In this document: in pieces, positions 9,443 through 18,728 of the stretch | Numbering within the stretch: position 1 is the stretch's first letter | Layout: each line of letters opens with the position of its first letter | NCBI GenBank assembly: GCA_016202435.1 | Contig: JACQOR010000007.1 | Coordinates: forward strand, 3,284 to 67,283 | DNA: 64,000 bases | Direction of reading: 5' to 3' | DNA from: Chloroflexota bacterium | GTDB taxonomy: Bacteria > Chloroflexota > UBA6077 > SHYK01 | Translations under genes and position numbers: made by a program | The notes under the pieces: generated by a model | Seen by the model: only the letters and a program-made list of their open reading frames with translations | What the model was told of the DNA's origin: nothing | Database searches by the model: none

Positions 9443-9570
9443 ATTCCCATGCCCCTCGGGGCACCACTGGCAATGAAAACCTGCCTATTTTCAGGCTAGT
9501 GAGAGGAAGACCCGCGTCGAGGCCCATCGAAATCGGACGGACACCTCCCCGAACTCAGGGCCGGGAAGTC
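9443..9570 (+). repeat. Conserved noncoding element, copy A (homologous to 51287-51420)
   Basis: The first 32 nt, ATTCCCATGCCCCTCGGGGCACCACTGGCAAT, are about 88% identical to copy B. Further shared blocks: TTTCAGGC, GCGTCGAGG, CCCCGAA, GAACTCAG. The GCCCCTCGGGGC hairpin sits 12 nt after the upstream stop codon. Confidence 0.5.
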
Positions 9571-9645
9571 CATGGAGTTCTGTGACGAAGACTCCGCGCC
9601 AGGTCGGTTTCCACGTGACCCGCGGACCCGTCCCTAGCTTCTGAC

Positions 9646-10908
9646 GTGGACCGAGTCTTGCTCACGAAGCAGTTGGGCACGGGCCCCCAGACTTTCGATG
9701 AGTATCGAGCCGAGGGAGGGTACGAAGCTCTCACGAAGGCAGTGACCACGGGTCCCCTGAGCGTTCTCGAGGCCGTCCAAGCCTCCGGGCTCCGAGGTCG
9801 CGGAGGCGCCGGCTTCCCCGTTGGCCTCAAATGGTCACTCGCCGCCAGCCAGGTCGAAGCCACGCGCTACGTCGTTGCCAACGGGGGGGAGGACGAGCCC
9901 GGCAGCCGGAAGGATCGCATCCTCATGGAGGACTATCCCCACCGCATCCTTGAGGGCCTGCTCCTGGCCTCGTACGCAATAGGTGCGGAGGAAGCCTTCG
10001 TCTACGTGAACTCCACCTACGAGCACGCCGCTAGCCAGATCGAGCGAGCCATCGGAGAAGCGACCGAAGCCGGCATGCTTGGCGAGAACGTCGCCGGATC
10101 CGGCCACCCGCTGCAGGTCCGAATCCAGGCGGCCCCACAACAATACGTTGCCAGTGAGGACTCAGCAGCGATACGGGTCATCGAGGGCCGCGAGCCGCTT
10201 CCCCGCCAGAAGCCTCCCTTTCCGACTACCGCAGGCCTCCACGGGAAGCCGACGGTAGTGAACAACGTAGAAACGTTCGCCAACATTCCCGCAATCTTGC
10301 TCCGCGGCGCGGACTGGTTCCGACGACAAGGCACCGAGGACAACCCCGGCACGATGCTTTTCACTCTTCCCGCAAACTTGCGTCGTCCTGGCGTCGTTGA
10401 AGCCCCCATCGGCTTATCTCTCCGAGAGCTGATCGAGGAGCATGGCGGGGGACTGGCCAGCGGGAACGCGGTCAAGGCAGTCATGCCTGGCGGCCCGTCC
10501 AGCGGGCTGGTAACGGCGACAGATCTCGAAGTCCGAATGGATCGGCAGCCGCTGACAGCGCTGAGCTCCGCGCTCGGCTGCGGCGCACTCCGCGTCATCG
10601 AGGAGAGCGAGTGCGTCGTCGAGATCCTGGACAGCATCGCTCAGTTCTTCCAGGAAGAATCCTGTGGCCAGTGCCCAACCTGTCAGATGGAGACCAACGC
10701 GCTGGCTCGGATCACGTCCTCAATTCGCACCGGCCGGGGTAGTCAGGCGATGCTTGACCAGATCCCGAAACTGGCCGCCTTCAGCCAGGGCAAGGGCTTC
10801 TGCGGCCTTATCTCCATGCCATTCCCGCCGCTCATGACGGCAGTCCGGCTCTTTCCCGAAGACTGGGCCTACCATATTGAGCATGGGGCTTGCCCCTCCC
10901 CGCGATAG
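9646..10908 (+). CDS. NuoF-like (51-kDa subunit family) [4Fe-4S] protein with divergent FMN-binding loop
   Basis: NuoF-type SLBB domain and N3 cluster motif (ESCGQCPTCQ ... FCGL). KPPFP and GKPTVVNNVET are conserved. The Gly-rich FMN loop GAGAYICGEE is replaced by APQQYVASED. Confidence 0.85.
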   Translation: MDRVLLTKQLGTGPQTFDEYRAEGGYEALTKAVTTGPLSVLEAVQASGLRGRGGAGFPVGLKWSLAASQVEATRYVVANGGEDEPGSRKDRILMEDYPHRILEGLLLASYAIGAEEAFVYVNSTYEHAASQIERAIGEATEAGMLGENVAGSGHPLQVRIQAAPQQYVASEDSAAIRVIEGREPLPRQKPPFPTTAGLHGKPTVVNNVETFANIPAILLRGADWFRRQGTEDNPGTMLFTLPANLRRPGVVEAPIGLSLRELIEEHGGGLASGNAVKAVMPGGPSSGLVTATDLEVRMDRQPLTALSSALGCGALRVIEESECVVEILDSIAQFFQEESCGQCPTCQMETNALARITSSIRTGRGSQAMLDQIPKLAAFSQGKGFCGLISMPFPPLMTAVRLFPEDWAYHIEHGACPSPR

Positions 10909-10948
10909 GGAGGCTCCCCCGCGTGTCCGGCCCAAGTTATGCTTCCCC

Positions 10949-12676
10949 TCACCTCATCTCCCACGTATGGACGTTCCACGTGAAGTCGCTCTCCGGCGCG
11001 AAGGGCTGCGGCCCCTCGATCCCTGCCGCGTAAGCGACCACGCTGGGGGTGAAATACAGGGAGATGGCCGCTACGCGGCTGCCCAAGAGCCGTGCCATCT
11101 GAGCGATGTGGCTCACTCGCTCGTCCGCGTTCAGCGCCCGCTGGAAGCTCAAGAGGAGCCGATCGTACTCAGAGTTCGTCCAGCCGCTGCGATTCGAACC
11201 GGTCCAACCATTTTTCGCCGTGGCGAGAGCAGCGGTGGAGAAGCTCGCCAGCACGCTCTCCCCTACAGGCGCGCCAACAGCGTACAGCGCCGGAAACCCG
11301 GCCCTGACCTCGCCCATGCGGGACTGGGCCGGTGGAACGAGCACGTCACGAAGATCGAAACCGGCTCGCCTCCAGGAATCAGCCATGATCGCAACCTCAG
11401 CCTCGGCCAGCTGGGTCGCAGTCACTCGGACCTCGCCGACAAACGGACCGTCGGATGCTCGGGAGAAGATCCCATCACCTCCCTTCGTGTAGCCAGCCTC
11501 TTCCATGAGGCGCTCGGCCCGTCGTGGATCGTGCGGATACTTCGCGAGCGATGGTTCGACCATCGGATAGTAGCCCACCTGGGGCGAGAGAAAGCTGTCC
11601 GCCAAGATTGCTTCCCCGCCGAATAGCGCCTCATTAATGGCCGCTCTATCCACCGAGTAGGCCAGCGCTCTCCTTACCCGCAGGTCAGAAAGCGACCGCG
11701 GATTCGCATATTCGATCCGATGCTGTATTTCCACGTGGCGCCAACGGTTCGGCACCATGAGCACCGTGCCCCCGTTTTGGGCTGCCCATTCGTGGCCGAG
11801 CGCGGAGCCCTGCTGGAACCGCAGCGAGTCCTCGAGCGCGACGTGGGCCTCCCCCGCTACGAGGGCAGCGAGCACCGCATCGAAATCTGACATGAAGAGC
11901 ACCTTGATTCTGGGGATTCTCGGCCGGCCCCAGGCATGCCCCTCGAAGCCGACAGCTTCTAGGTACGCACCTGACTCCCAGCGCCCCAGCTTATACGGGC
12001 CGAGACCGACGTATTCAGTCGTCCAGAAATTAGCGCGGGCTAGCACCTCGCCGTCATCGAAGAGCGACTCAAGCTTGTGTCGCGGAAGCGCTTGCAGATC
12101 GCGGGCTTCTAGGCTCCCGGCTTTCGGATGTAGGCTTCTCCACCGGATCAAGACCGTCCGATGATCCGGCGCGACGACTTCCTCCATCGCGCTGAAAGGC
12201 GCGTCCGGAGCTTGGCGAGTCGCCTGGCGCAAATAGACGCGCCACGCGAATACAAAGTCCTCGGCGGAAAGGGGTGTCCCATCGTGCCAGTTGAGATTGG
12301 GGCGGAGCACGTAGCTCGTCTCCATCCGCCCGTCGGGGAGTACGCGCCAGCTATCCGTTTGCAATTGGGGGCCTTCTTGAGCCAGATAGGCCCGGGCAAG
12401 CTCCTGGCCATCGAGGAGCATCAATCCTGCGTTGAGCAGGCGCGGGATTGATGCCGTCTGGGAACCCGTGAGCGGCGTCAAGGCCCGCGCTGCGACAGTC
12501 TCAGGCTCACCGCGGGCAGCCATGACGAGAACCTTGCCCTGATCCTGCACCCGCTGATCGCCGACCCGGTCGGAGGGCCCGAAGGGGGAACCGTTGCAGG
12601 AGGTCGCGAGCAGCGTGGCCGCAAGCAGCAGGACAGACTTCGCCTTGTCGCCCGGTTTTTCTGACCCTCGGCCCAT
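10949..12676 (-). CDS. ABC transporter substrate-binding lipoprotein, family 5, orphan (paralog of 7199..8956)
   Basis: ATG at 12676 (MGRGSEK...). Lipobox LLATSC. Motifs WHDGTP and WTTEYVGLGPYKL. Confidence 0.85.
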   Translation of the reverse strand: MGRGSEKPGDKAKSVLLLAATLLATSCNGSPFGPSDRVGDQRVQDQGKVLVMAARGEPETVAARALTPLTGSQTASIPRLLNAGLMLLDGQELARAYLAQEGPQLQTDSWRVLPDGRMETSYVLRPNLNWHDGTPLSAEDFVFAWRVYLRQATRQAPDAPFSAMEEVVAPDHRTVLIRWRSLHPKAGSLEARDLQALPRHKLESLFDDGEVLARANFWTTEYVGLGPYKLGRWESGAYLEAVGFEGHAWGRPRIPRIKVLFMSDFDAVLAALVAGEAHVALEDSLRFQQGSALGHEWAAQNGGTVLMVPNRWRHVEIQHRIEYANPRSLSDLRVRRALAYSVDRAAINEALFGGEAILADSFLSPQVGYYPMVEPSLAKYPHDPRRAERLMEEAGYTKGGDGIFSRASDGPFVGEVRVTATQLAEAEVAIMADSWRRAGFDLRDVLVPPAQSRMGEVRAGFPALYAVGAPVGESVLASFSTAALATAKNGWTGSNRSGWTNSEYDRLLLSFQRALNADERVSHIAQMARLLGSRVAAISLYFTPSVVAYAAGIEGPQPFAPESDFTWNVHTWEMR

Positions 12677-12710
12677 GCTCACACTACCCGAAGGGGCACT
12701 GCCTCGTCGG

Positions 12711-13832
12711 CTACCCGCGGCCGACCGGCTCCGTGACGCCCTCATACTCAGGCCGGTACAGGGTCACACGATCGCGGCCATTTCGCTTACTTACGTAAAG
12801 TGCTGCATCAGCACACGCAACCAGAGCCGGTCCATCGTCGGCGTCCTCGGGAAATGATGCCAAGCCGGCACTGATGCTGGCTTTCACGGTTATCCCGCTG
12901 GCGGTCAGCGCGTATCCGGACATCGCGGCCCGGATACGCTCGGCGGGAATACTTGCGCCCTCGACACCTGTATCGGGCATGATTACGGCAAACTCGTCTC
13001 CGCCAAACCGGATCACCGTATCAACCAGCCGGACCTGTGCCGAGAGAACTTCCGCCACGTGGATCAGTAGCTGATCGCCCATGAGGTGCCCCAGGTTATC
13101 GTTCACTTCCTTCAGGTGGTCCGCGTCCACGATCATCAGTGAGACTGGTCGCTCGTGACGGCGAGCACGAGCGATTTCCTGCGGAAGAATGAACTCCAAG
13201 TGCCGCCGGTTGTAGAGCCCGGTCAGCCAGTCAACGCTCGAAAACCGTTCGGCGCGCTCCTTTTCCTCGGACATCTCCTTCTGAGTCCTACCAAACTCAG
13301 CTCCGAGCAGAGCAGCAGTGACGCCCACGACCCACAAAGCCGCAAGATCAGCCCACCAGTCCACCGAGCGGATCGCAATTCCACCAGGATCGGGCAGAGA
13401 GCTCGCGAGGAGAAAGCCCGCCGTGGCCACCCCGATCGTCACCAGACTTGCCCGCCGCCCCGCGAGTAGACCTGAGAGCACCAGCGGGGGATAGAAGAGG
13501 AAGAGGGCGGGACTTTCCGCACCGCCAGAGAACATGACCAGTCCCGCGACGGCCACGGACTGCATGGCACTTTCCTGGAACCACGAGGCAGACCCGCGGC
13601 GTTCCTGCGGTAGCCATCGGCGCCACGCGGCCGTGAATGCCGCCAGCCCGAGAGTCACCGCCAGAATGCCGGATACCGAGCCATCAGCGCGGGGCAAGGC
13701 GATCGAGAACGCCAGACCCACGAGGGTGATGACGATCGCCGAAGCTGTGTTGAGCCGCTCGAAGCGCCTCACATGCGACTGATTCCGCGAAACCCCATCG
13801 ATCTCGGTGGTTTCTCGTGCCTCTTCGGTCAT
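12711..13832 (-). CDS. Membrane-anchored diguanylate cyclase (GGDEF domain)
   Basis: About five predicted TM helices in the N-terminal half. GGDEF active-site motif (RFGGDEFAV) with RxxD I-site context. ATG at 13832 overlaps the murE stop (ATGA). Confidence 0.85.
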   Translation of the reverse strand: MTEEARETTEIDGVSRNQSHVRRFERLNTASAIVITLVGLAFSIALPRADGSVSGILAVTLGLAAFTAAWRRWLPQERRGSASWFQESAMQSVAVAGLVMFSGGAESPALFLFYPPLVLSGLLAGRRASLVTIGVATAGFLLASSLPDPGGIAIRSVDWWADLAALWVVGVTAALLGAEFGRTQKEMSEEKERAERFSSVDWLTGLYNRRHLEFILPQEIARARRHERPVSLMIVDADHLKEVNDNLGHLMGDQLLIHVAEVLSAQVRLVDTVIRFGGDEFAVIMPDTGVEGASIPAERIRAAMSGYALTASGITVKASISAGLASFPEDADDGPALVACADAALYVSKRNGRDRVTLYRPEYEGVTEPVGRG

Positions 13833-15328
13833 GACGAGTACCCGAGCTGAGCCAGAAGCTCCGTGACAACGCCCAGATCGCTCCAAGGTTCGGAGCGGTC
13901 CCCGATCAGCATGCGCGCCTCGTGTCCTTTACCTGCCAGCACTACCGTGTCACCCGGACGCGCGAGTTTCAGTGCGGACTGGATCGCGATCCGCCGGTCT
14001 AACTGCACCGCATAGCCAGTTCCTTCGATCGCCCCCGCGGCCTGGGCACCGGCACCCACCTCCCGGGCAATCTGCACCGGGTCCTCGTCGATTGGGTCGT
14101 CCAATGAGATGAAGAAAAAGTCCGCCCCCTGCGCGGCGACCCTACCCATAAGTGGCCGGTTGCGCGCGTCGCGACGACCGGCCATGCCGAAAACCAAGTA
14201 TAGCCGGCCGCTGGTCCAATCCCGTAGCGTTGCCAGGGTTGCCCCCAGTGCCTGAGGCGTGTGGGCGAAGTCGACAATAACCTCAAATGGCTGACCCCGG
14301 TCAACCCGCTGTAGACGCCCCGGCGGGAGCGATGCGGCTTCCGCCGCCTGGGCGATGGCCTCCAGGCCTACGCCCCAGCCAAGCCCCACGGCAGCAGCCG
14401 CAAGGAAGTTGTACACGTTGTGTCGCCCGCGAAGAGGAGTCCAGACAGACACTTCGCCAATGGGCGTGACCAGGTTGAAGGACGTGGAATCAGGCCCCAG
14501 CCTGATCTTCTCCGCTCTCACGTCAGCCGGAGCGTCCACAGCGTAGCTGACAATTCCGGCGGGACTCGAGGCGACCATAGTCACACTCGCCGGGTCATCA
14601 GCATTCACCACGCCCATGCGGCTCCATCGCTTGGCAGTCGGGCTATCCAGCGATGCGAACAGCCGGGCTTTCGTTTCGGCATATGCCTCCATGGTTCCAT
14701 GAAAGTCCAGATGTTCAGGCGCGAGATTGGTGAAAACGGCAGCGTCGAAAGCACACCCCGCCACTCGCTCGAGCGCCAGCGCGTGCGAACTGACTTCCAC
14801 GACAACATCCTCCACAGCACCACCCACGAGGTTGGCCAGCGCTTCCTGCAAATCCGAGGCCTCGGGCGTCGTCCGCTCAAATGGATTCGGGAAAATAACA
14901 TCCGCGATGGCCATGTCCACGGTGGTCAACCAGCCGACGCGCCGACCCGATGCACCCAGAACGCCCGCCGTGAGCCGTGCGGTCGTGGTCTTACCATCCG
15001 TGCCGGTGACGCCAACGACTCGCATCCTTTCTGAGGGGTTCCCCAGCAACGCGCTCGCACTCTCACCCAGGGCCCGCCGCGCGCTCGGCACGAGCAGCAT
15101 GCCGACGTGATCGGGAACTGCCAGCGCCCGCTCAGCCGCGACGGCCGCGGCACCGCGCTCAACAGCCTGCGAGGCGAACTCAGCCCCGTCGATCTTGGCT
15201 CCCGGAATACCCACAAAGAGGTCGCCGGACTGGGCGCGCCGCGAGTCATAAACGACGCGCGTAACTTCGATCTCCGGTCCGGCCACCACGTGCGCGCCAA
15301 GGCGAGGCGCTAGCTCTTTCAGCTTCAT
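13829..15328 (-). CDS. murE: UDP-N-acetylmuramoyl-L-alanyl-D-glutamate ligase MurE (third-residue-adding enzyme)
   Basis: GVTGTDGKTTT P-loop and Mur ligase domains. At the position of the E. coli DNPR motif the sequence is DDPI (LDDPIDEDP). Confidence 0.9.
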   Translation of the reverse strand: MKLKELAPRLGAHVVAGPEIEVTRVVYDSRRAQSGDLFVGIPGAKIDGAEFASQAVERGAAAVAAERALAVPDHVGMLLVPSARRALGESASALLGNPSERMRVVGVTGTDGKTTTARLTAGVLGASGRRVGWLTTVDMAIADVIFPNPFERTTPEASDLQEALANLVGGAVEDVVVEVSSHALALERVAGCAFDAAVFTNLAPEHLDFHGTMEAYAETKARLFASLDSPTAKRWSRMGVVNADDPASVTMVASSPAGIVSYAVDAPADVRAEKIRLGPDSTSFNLVTPIGEVSVWTPLRGRHNVYNFLAAAAVGLGWGVGLEAIAQAAEAASLPPGRLQRVDRGQPFEVIVDFAHTPQALGATLATLRDWTSGRLYLVFGMAGRRDARNRPLMGRVAAQGADFFFISLDDPIDEDPVQIAREVGAGAQAAGAIEGTGYAVQLDRRIAIQSALKLARPGDTVVLAGKGHEARMLIGDRSEPWSDLGVVTELLAQLGYSS

Positions 15329-15543
15329 TTCTCAGGCAACCTCTACCTCACCTGGCATCAACTCACGGGTCAGTGTAGGGAGGTCTCTAGTCCCAATCAA
15401 CAAGGACCAAGTGCGAGTCCTCGTGGGGAGCACCGAGTACTGTCCGGCCAGAAGGAACTCGCTCTGGTGACCTACGGCACTCCCAGGCATGTCCGCCCCA
15501 GGAAAGTCGAACATGCATATGGAACATCCATAATTGAAGCCTC

Positions 15544-17394
15544 ATGACGGCACCGACAGCGAACGACGAAGTCGCCCAAAAGGTGAGAGCGCTCCCGCCC
15601 GTCGCCGGAATCTACAAGTTCAAGGACCGCGAGGGGCGAACTATCTACGTGGGCAAAGCGACCTCGCTGCGCTCGCGGGTGAGGTCCTATTTTTCCGCCA
15701 GCCGGGGGGGGAAGACTTCCGCGCTCGTCAACCAGATTGCCGACATCGAGTACATCGTCACGGGCTCGCCCGTTCAGGCTCTCCAGTGGGAGTCCGACCT
15801 CATCAAGACCGAGCGTCCGAAGTTCAACGTCGTCCTGCGCGACGACAAACACTATCCCTACGTGCGTATCACCGTGCAGGACGAGTGGCCCCGGATCGAG
15901 ATCGCGCGAAAGGCCGCGGCGGACGGCGCCAGGTACTTCGGCCCGTTCACGAACACTCAATCGGTGCGCCAGACAATGGACACGCTCAACCGTCTCTTCC
16001 CCTATATCCTCTGCACCAAGGAAATCACAGGGATCGACCCGCGGCCGTGCCTCTACTACTACATCCACCGCTGCCCGGCGCCGTGTATCGGTGCGATTAG
16101 CAGCGAACAGTACCGGGGGCAGATCGACCGCGTCGTTCGGTTCATGGAAGGTCGTTCCGACAGCGTGCTGAAAGAGATCCGACAGGAGATGGAGGCAGCG
16201 TCGGAGCGGCTCGAATTCGAACAGGCGGCGGCATTGCGGGACCGTCTCAAAGCCGCCGAGCGCGTCGTCGAGCAGCAGGCCGTGGCGACTACCACGCGCG
16301 AAGACGAAGACGTGATCGGACTGGCCCAAGACGGCACCACCGCCTGCGTGCAGGTCTTCTTCATGCGGGGAGGCCGCATGGTGGGCCGGGAGCACTTCGT
16401 GCTCCAAAACGCGCAGGAAGAGGGGCCCCCTGAGCTGCTGAACTCGTTCATGCTCCAATTCTACGCAGGCTCGGCACGGATACCCCGTTGCATCGTGCTT
16501 CCCAGCCATCCTTCAGATGAGCGCGCCCTTCGGGATTGGGTCGCCGACTCGGCGCGGCACCCTGTCAGGCTGACTATTCCGCGGCGAGGCGAAGGCCTGC
16601 GACTGGTCGCGCTGGCCGCCAGGAACGCTGGCGAGATCCTCCAGCAACTGGTGCTGGAGTGGGTCAACGACCTGCAGCGCACTACGGGCGCCATGCTGGA
16701 GCTGCAAGAGGCGCTCGGCCTTCCGACCGTGCCGGATCGCGTGGAATGCTACGACGTCTCGCACGTCCAGGGAGCGTTCACGGTCGCCAGCATGTCCGTT
16801 TTGGAACAGGCGAAGCCCAAACCGTCCGAATATCGGCGCTTCCGGATTCGGACCGTCGACCACAACGACGACTTTGCGTCGATGCGCGAAGTCCTCCGGC
16901 GCCGATTCGGACATCTCGTGAAGGCGCAGCTGCTGCCCCACGAAGTCCAGAAGGCCGACGAGAAATGGAACGTGATCCCAGATCTAGTGGTGATCGATGG
17001 CGGCAAAGGCCAGCTCAGCACCGCCGTCGAGGTCTTTCGGGAGCTCGAGCTGGAGATACCGCTCATAGGGCTCGCGAAGGAGCGCGAGGAGATATTCCTC
17101 CCCGGTCGCGGTGATCCGTTCGTTCTGCCACGTGAATCAGCGGCTCTTTTCATGCTGCAGCGGGTCCGCGATGAAGCCCACCGCTTCGCCATTACCTATC
17201 ACCGCCAGAACCGGGGCAAGGGAGCGCTGCGCTCCGCCCTTGACGAAGTCCCGGGAGTAGGGCCGAAGCGGAAGAAAGCGTTGCTGACCCGCTTCGGCTC
17301 GGTGGAGGGCATCCGCCACGCCCAGGTGGAGGAAATCGCCTCGGTCCCGGGCATGACCCGCTCGAGCGCTGCTATCTTGAAAGGCCGCCTCTAG
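15544..17394 (+). CDS. uvrC: Excinuclease ABC subunit C
   Basis: GIY-YIG motif (GIYKFKD...YVGKA), UvrBC-interaction region, RNase H-like endonuclease domain, C-terminal HhH. Confidence 0.95.
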   Translation: MTAPTANDEVAQKVRALPPVAGIYKFKDREGRTIYVGKATSLRSRVRSYFSASRGGKTSALVNQIADIEYIVTGSPVQALQWESDLIKTERPKFNVVLRDDKHYPYVRITVQDEWPRIEIARKAAADGARYFGPFTNTQSVRQTMDTLNRLFPYILCTKEITGIDPRPCLYYYIHRCPAPCIGAISSEQYRGQIDRVVRFMEGRSDSVLKEIRQEMEAASERLEFEQAAALRDRLKAAERVVEQQAVATTTREDEDVIGLAQDGTTACVQVFFMRGGRMVGREHFVLQNAQEEGPPELLNSFMLQFYAGSARIPRCIVLPSHPSDERALRDWVADSARHPVRLTIPRRGEGLRLVALAARNAGEILQQLVLEWVNDLQRTTGAMLELQEALGLPTVPDRVECYDVSHVQGAFTVASMSVLEQAKPKPSEYRRFRIRTVDHNDDFASMREVLRRRFGHLVKAQLLPHEVQKADEKWNVIPDLVVIDGGKGQLSTAVEVFRELELEIPLIGLAKEREEIFLPGRGDPFVLPRESAALFMLQRVRDEAHRFAITYHRQNRGKGALRSALDEVPGVGPKRKKALLTRFGSVEGIRHAQVEEIASVPGMTRSSAAILKGRL

Positions 17395-17546
17395 GGGGAT
17401 TGCCGTCCTCAGCCTGGAAGGGGCCGCGAATGGAAGAGGCGGCCGGCCAGAGACGTGCGCCGCTCCCGGCAGGCGCTCCGATCAGGGGGTCGGCTGCCGC
17501 ATGACGATGAGGTTTCCTGTGGCCGCAGAGCAGCTGTCTCGTCGGG

Positions 17547-18728
17547 CTAGCCCAGCCGAACTCGTTCGAACGGCCGGTCACTTCGGTCTGCCACGCGAAG
17601 CCAGAGACAGCTCTCGTCTGGAGCGAAGACGACGCCATAGATGGTGCAAGGATTCTGCACCGCGCAGTACTCATTGGCTTCAGGATTCCGGAGGGCCGTA
17701 TCGACTAGGAATTCCCCCGCCGATTCGACCTCTGCCGAGGCACTGACGCACAGCTCGCCCAACCGGGCCATCCGCTCGGCAGAGCTGCCCGGCACTCCGC
17801 TCCGGTTCCGCCGCTCCAGCCGCGGTGCCACGAAATGGTTCGTTGTGCAAATTCGGCCCCGGTCAGGCTCACGGATCGCGAACTCCCAAGGCGTGTACTC
17901 GACCACAACCGCGCGACCCTCACCGCCCGAGCCGACAAGCACGTTGTTGCCCTGTGTCCTGGACGAGCGCCGGATGAGGTCAACGGCTCCCTGGAGACTC
18001 TCGGCCTGTTCCAGAACCATCCGATACGTGAGCGTGGCAGGCGTCGCGAATGGCCAGTTCCGGCGAGCCGAGACGGTGAGCGACCCCAGGGCTAATCCCG
18101 CCTGATTCATGCCAGTCGCCACGCCAATGAAGCCCGGCCACCCAACCGAGACGAAAGAGCGTCCGGTCGACGGCCGGTACTCGATGGCAACCACATGCTC
18201 GCGCATGTAGGAGGTAGCGGCCCACACGTCCTCCCCAACCGCGCTCTGAATGAAATAGTCGAGATTGCGGCCACAGATCAGCCGACCGCCATCGGCCTGC
18301 GCGTCTGAGATGGCGAAGGCCGAGCATCCGAGGCGCCCAAATAGCTCTCCGAGTTGGTAAAGGTTCGCGAATACGTCGTCGATGCAGTTGATCAGGAGTA
18401 CGTCTGAATAGGGGACGCCCGCGGCACGAGCCAATGCTGACATCTCTCTACGATAGCGCTGTGGAATGCGGCGCTCCATTAGCCGGGCAGTCGTCCGTAC
18501 GCCCGTTCGCAGAGCCAGGCCGTCAAAGCCCTTCTGCCCGTAGAGTACGTGGTGCTTCAGAGCCACCAGAATGTCCCGAATTTCTTCGCGGAACAACTCC
18601 CCGTGCTGGGCACCGAGCTGCTCGGGGGTACCCGCGATCCGCCCCTGCAGGAAGCCGCTCCGAACCCACCGTGAAGGGGCTTCTCCGGACCCAGGCTCTC
18701 CCAGCCTCGAGGGGGTGGCGACGGTCAC
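17547..18728 (-). CDS. Peptidase C45 family protein (acyl-CoA:6-aminopenicillanic acid acyltransferase-like Ntn hydrolase)
   Basis: Conserved GCSAF nucleophile motif (LGCSAFAI) and AAT-family fold length. GTG start overlaps the coaE stop (GTGA). Confidence 0.65.
   Translation of the reverse strand: MTVATPSRLGEPGSGEAPSRWVRSGFLQGRIAGTPEQLGAQHGELFREEIRDILVALKHHVLYGQKGFDGLALRTGVRTTARLMERRIPQRYRREMSALARAAGVPYSDVLLINCIDDVFANLYQLGELFGRLGCSAFAISDAQADGGRLICGRNLDYFIQSAVGEDVWAATSYMREHVVAIEYRPSTGRSFVSVGWPGFIGVATGMNQAGLALGSLTVSARRNWPFATPATLTYRMVLEQAESLQGAVDLIRRSSRTQGNNVLVGSGGEGRAVVVEYTPWEFAIREPDRGRICTTNHFVAPRLERRNRSGVPGSSAERMARLGELCVSASAEVESAGEFLVDTALRNPEANEYCAVQNPCTIYGVVFAPDESCLWLRVADRSDRPFERVRLG

Noticed and set aside
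11170-11195. tRNA-like GGTTCGAATC T-loop motif on the minus strand
   Set aside because: Inside the SBP coding sequence. Flanking sequence cannot form T-stem or acceptor pairing.
15329-15543. LexA/Cheo-box-like GAAC repeats (CGAACATGCATATGGAAC) in the murE-uvrC divergent region
   Set aside because: Direct rather than inverted GAAC repeats; does not match CGAACRNRYGTTCG. Probably just AT-rich promoter sequence.
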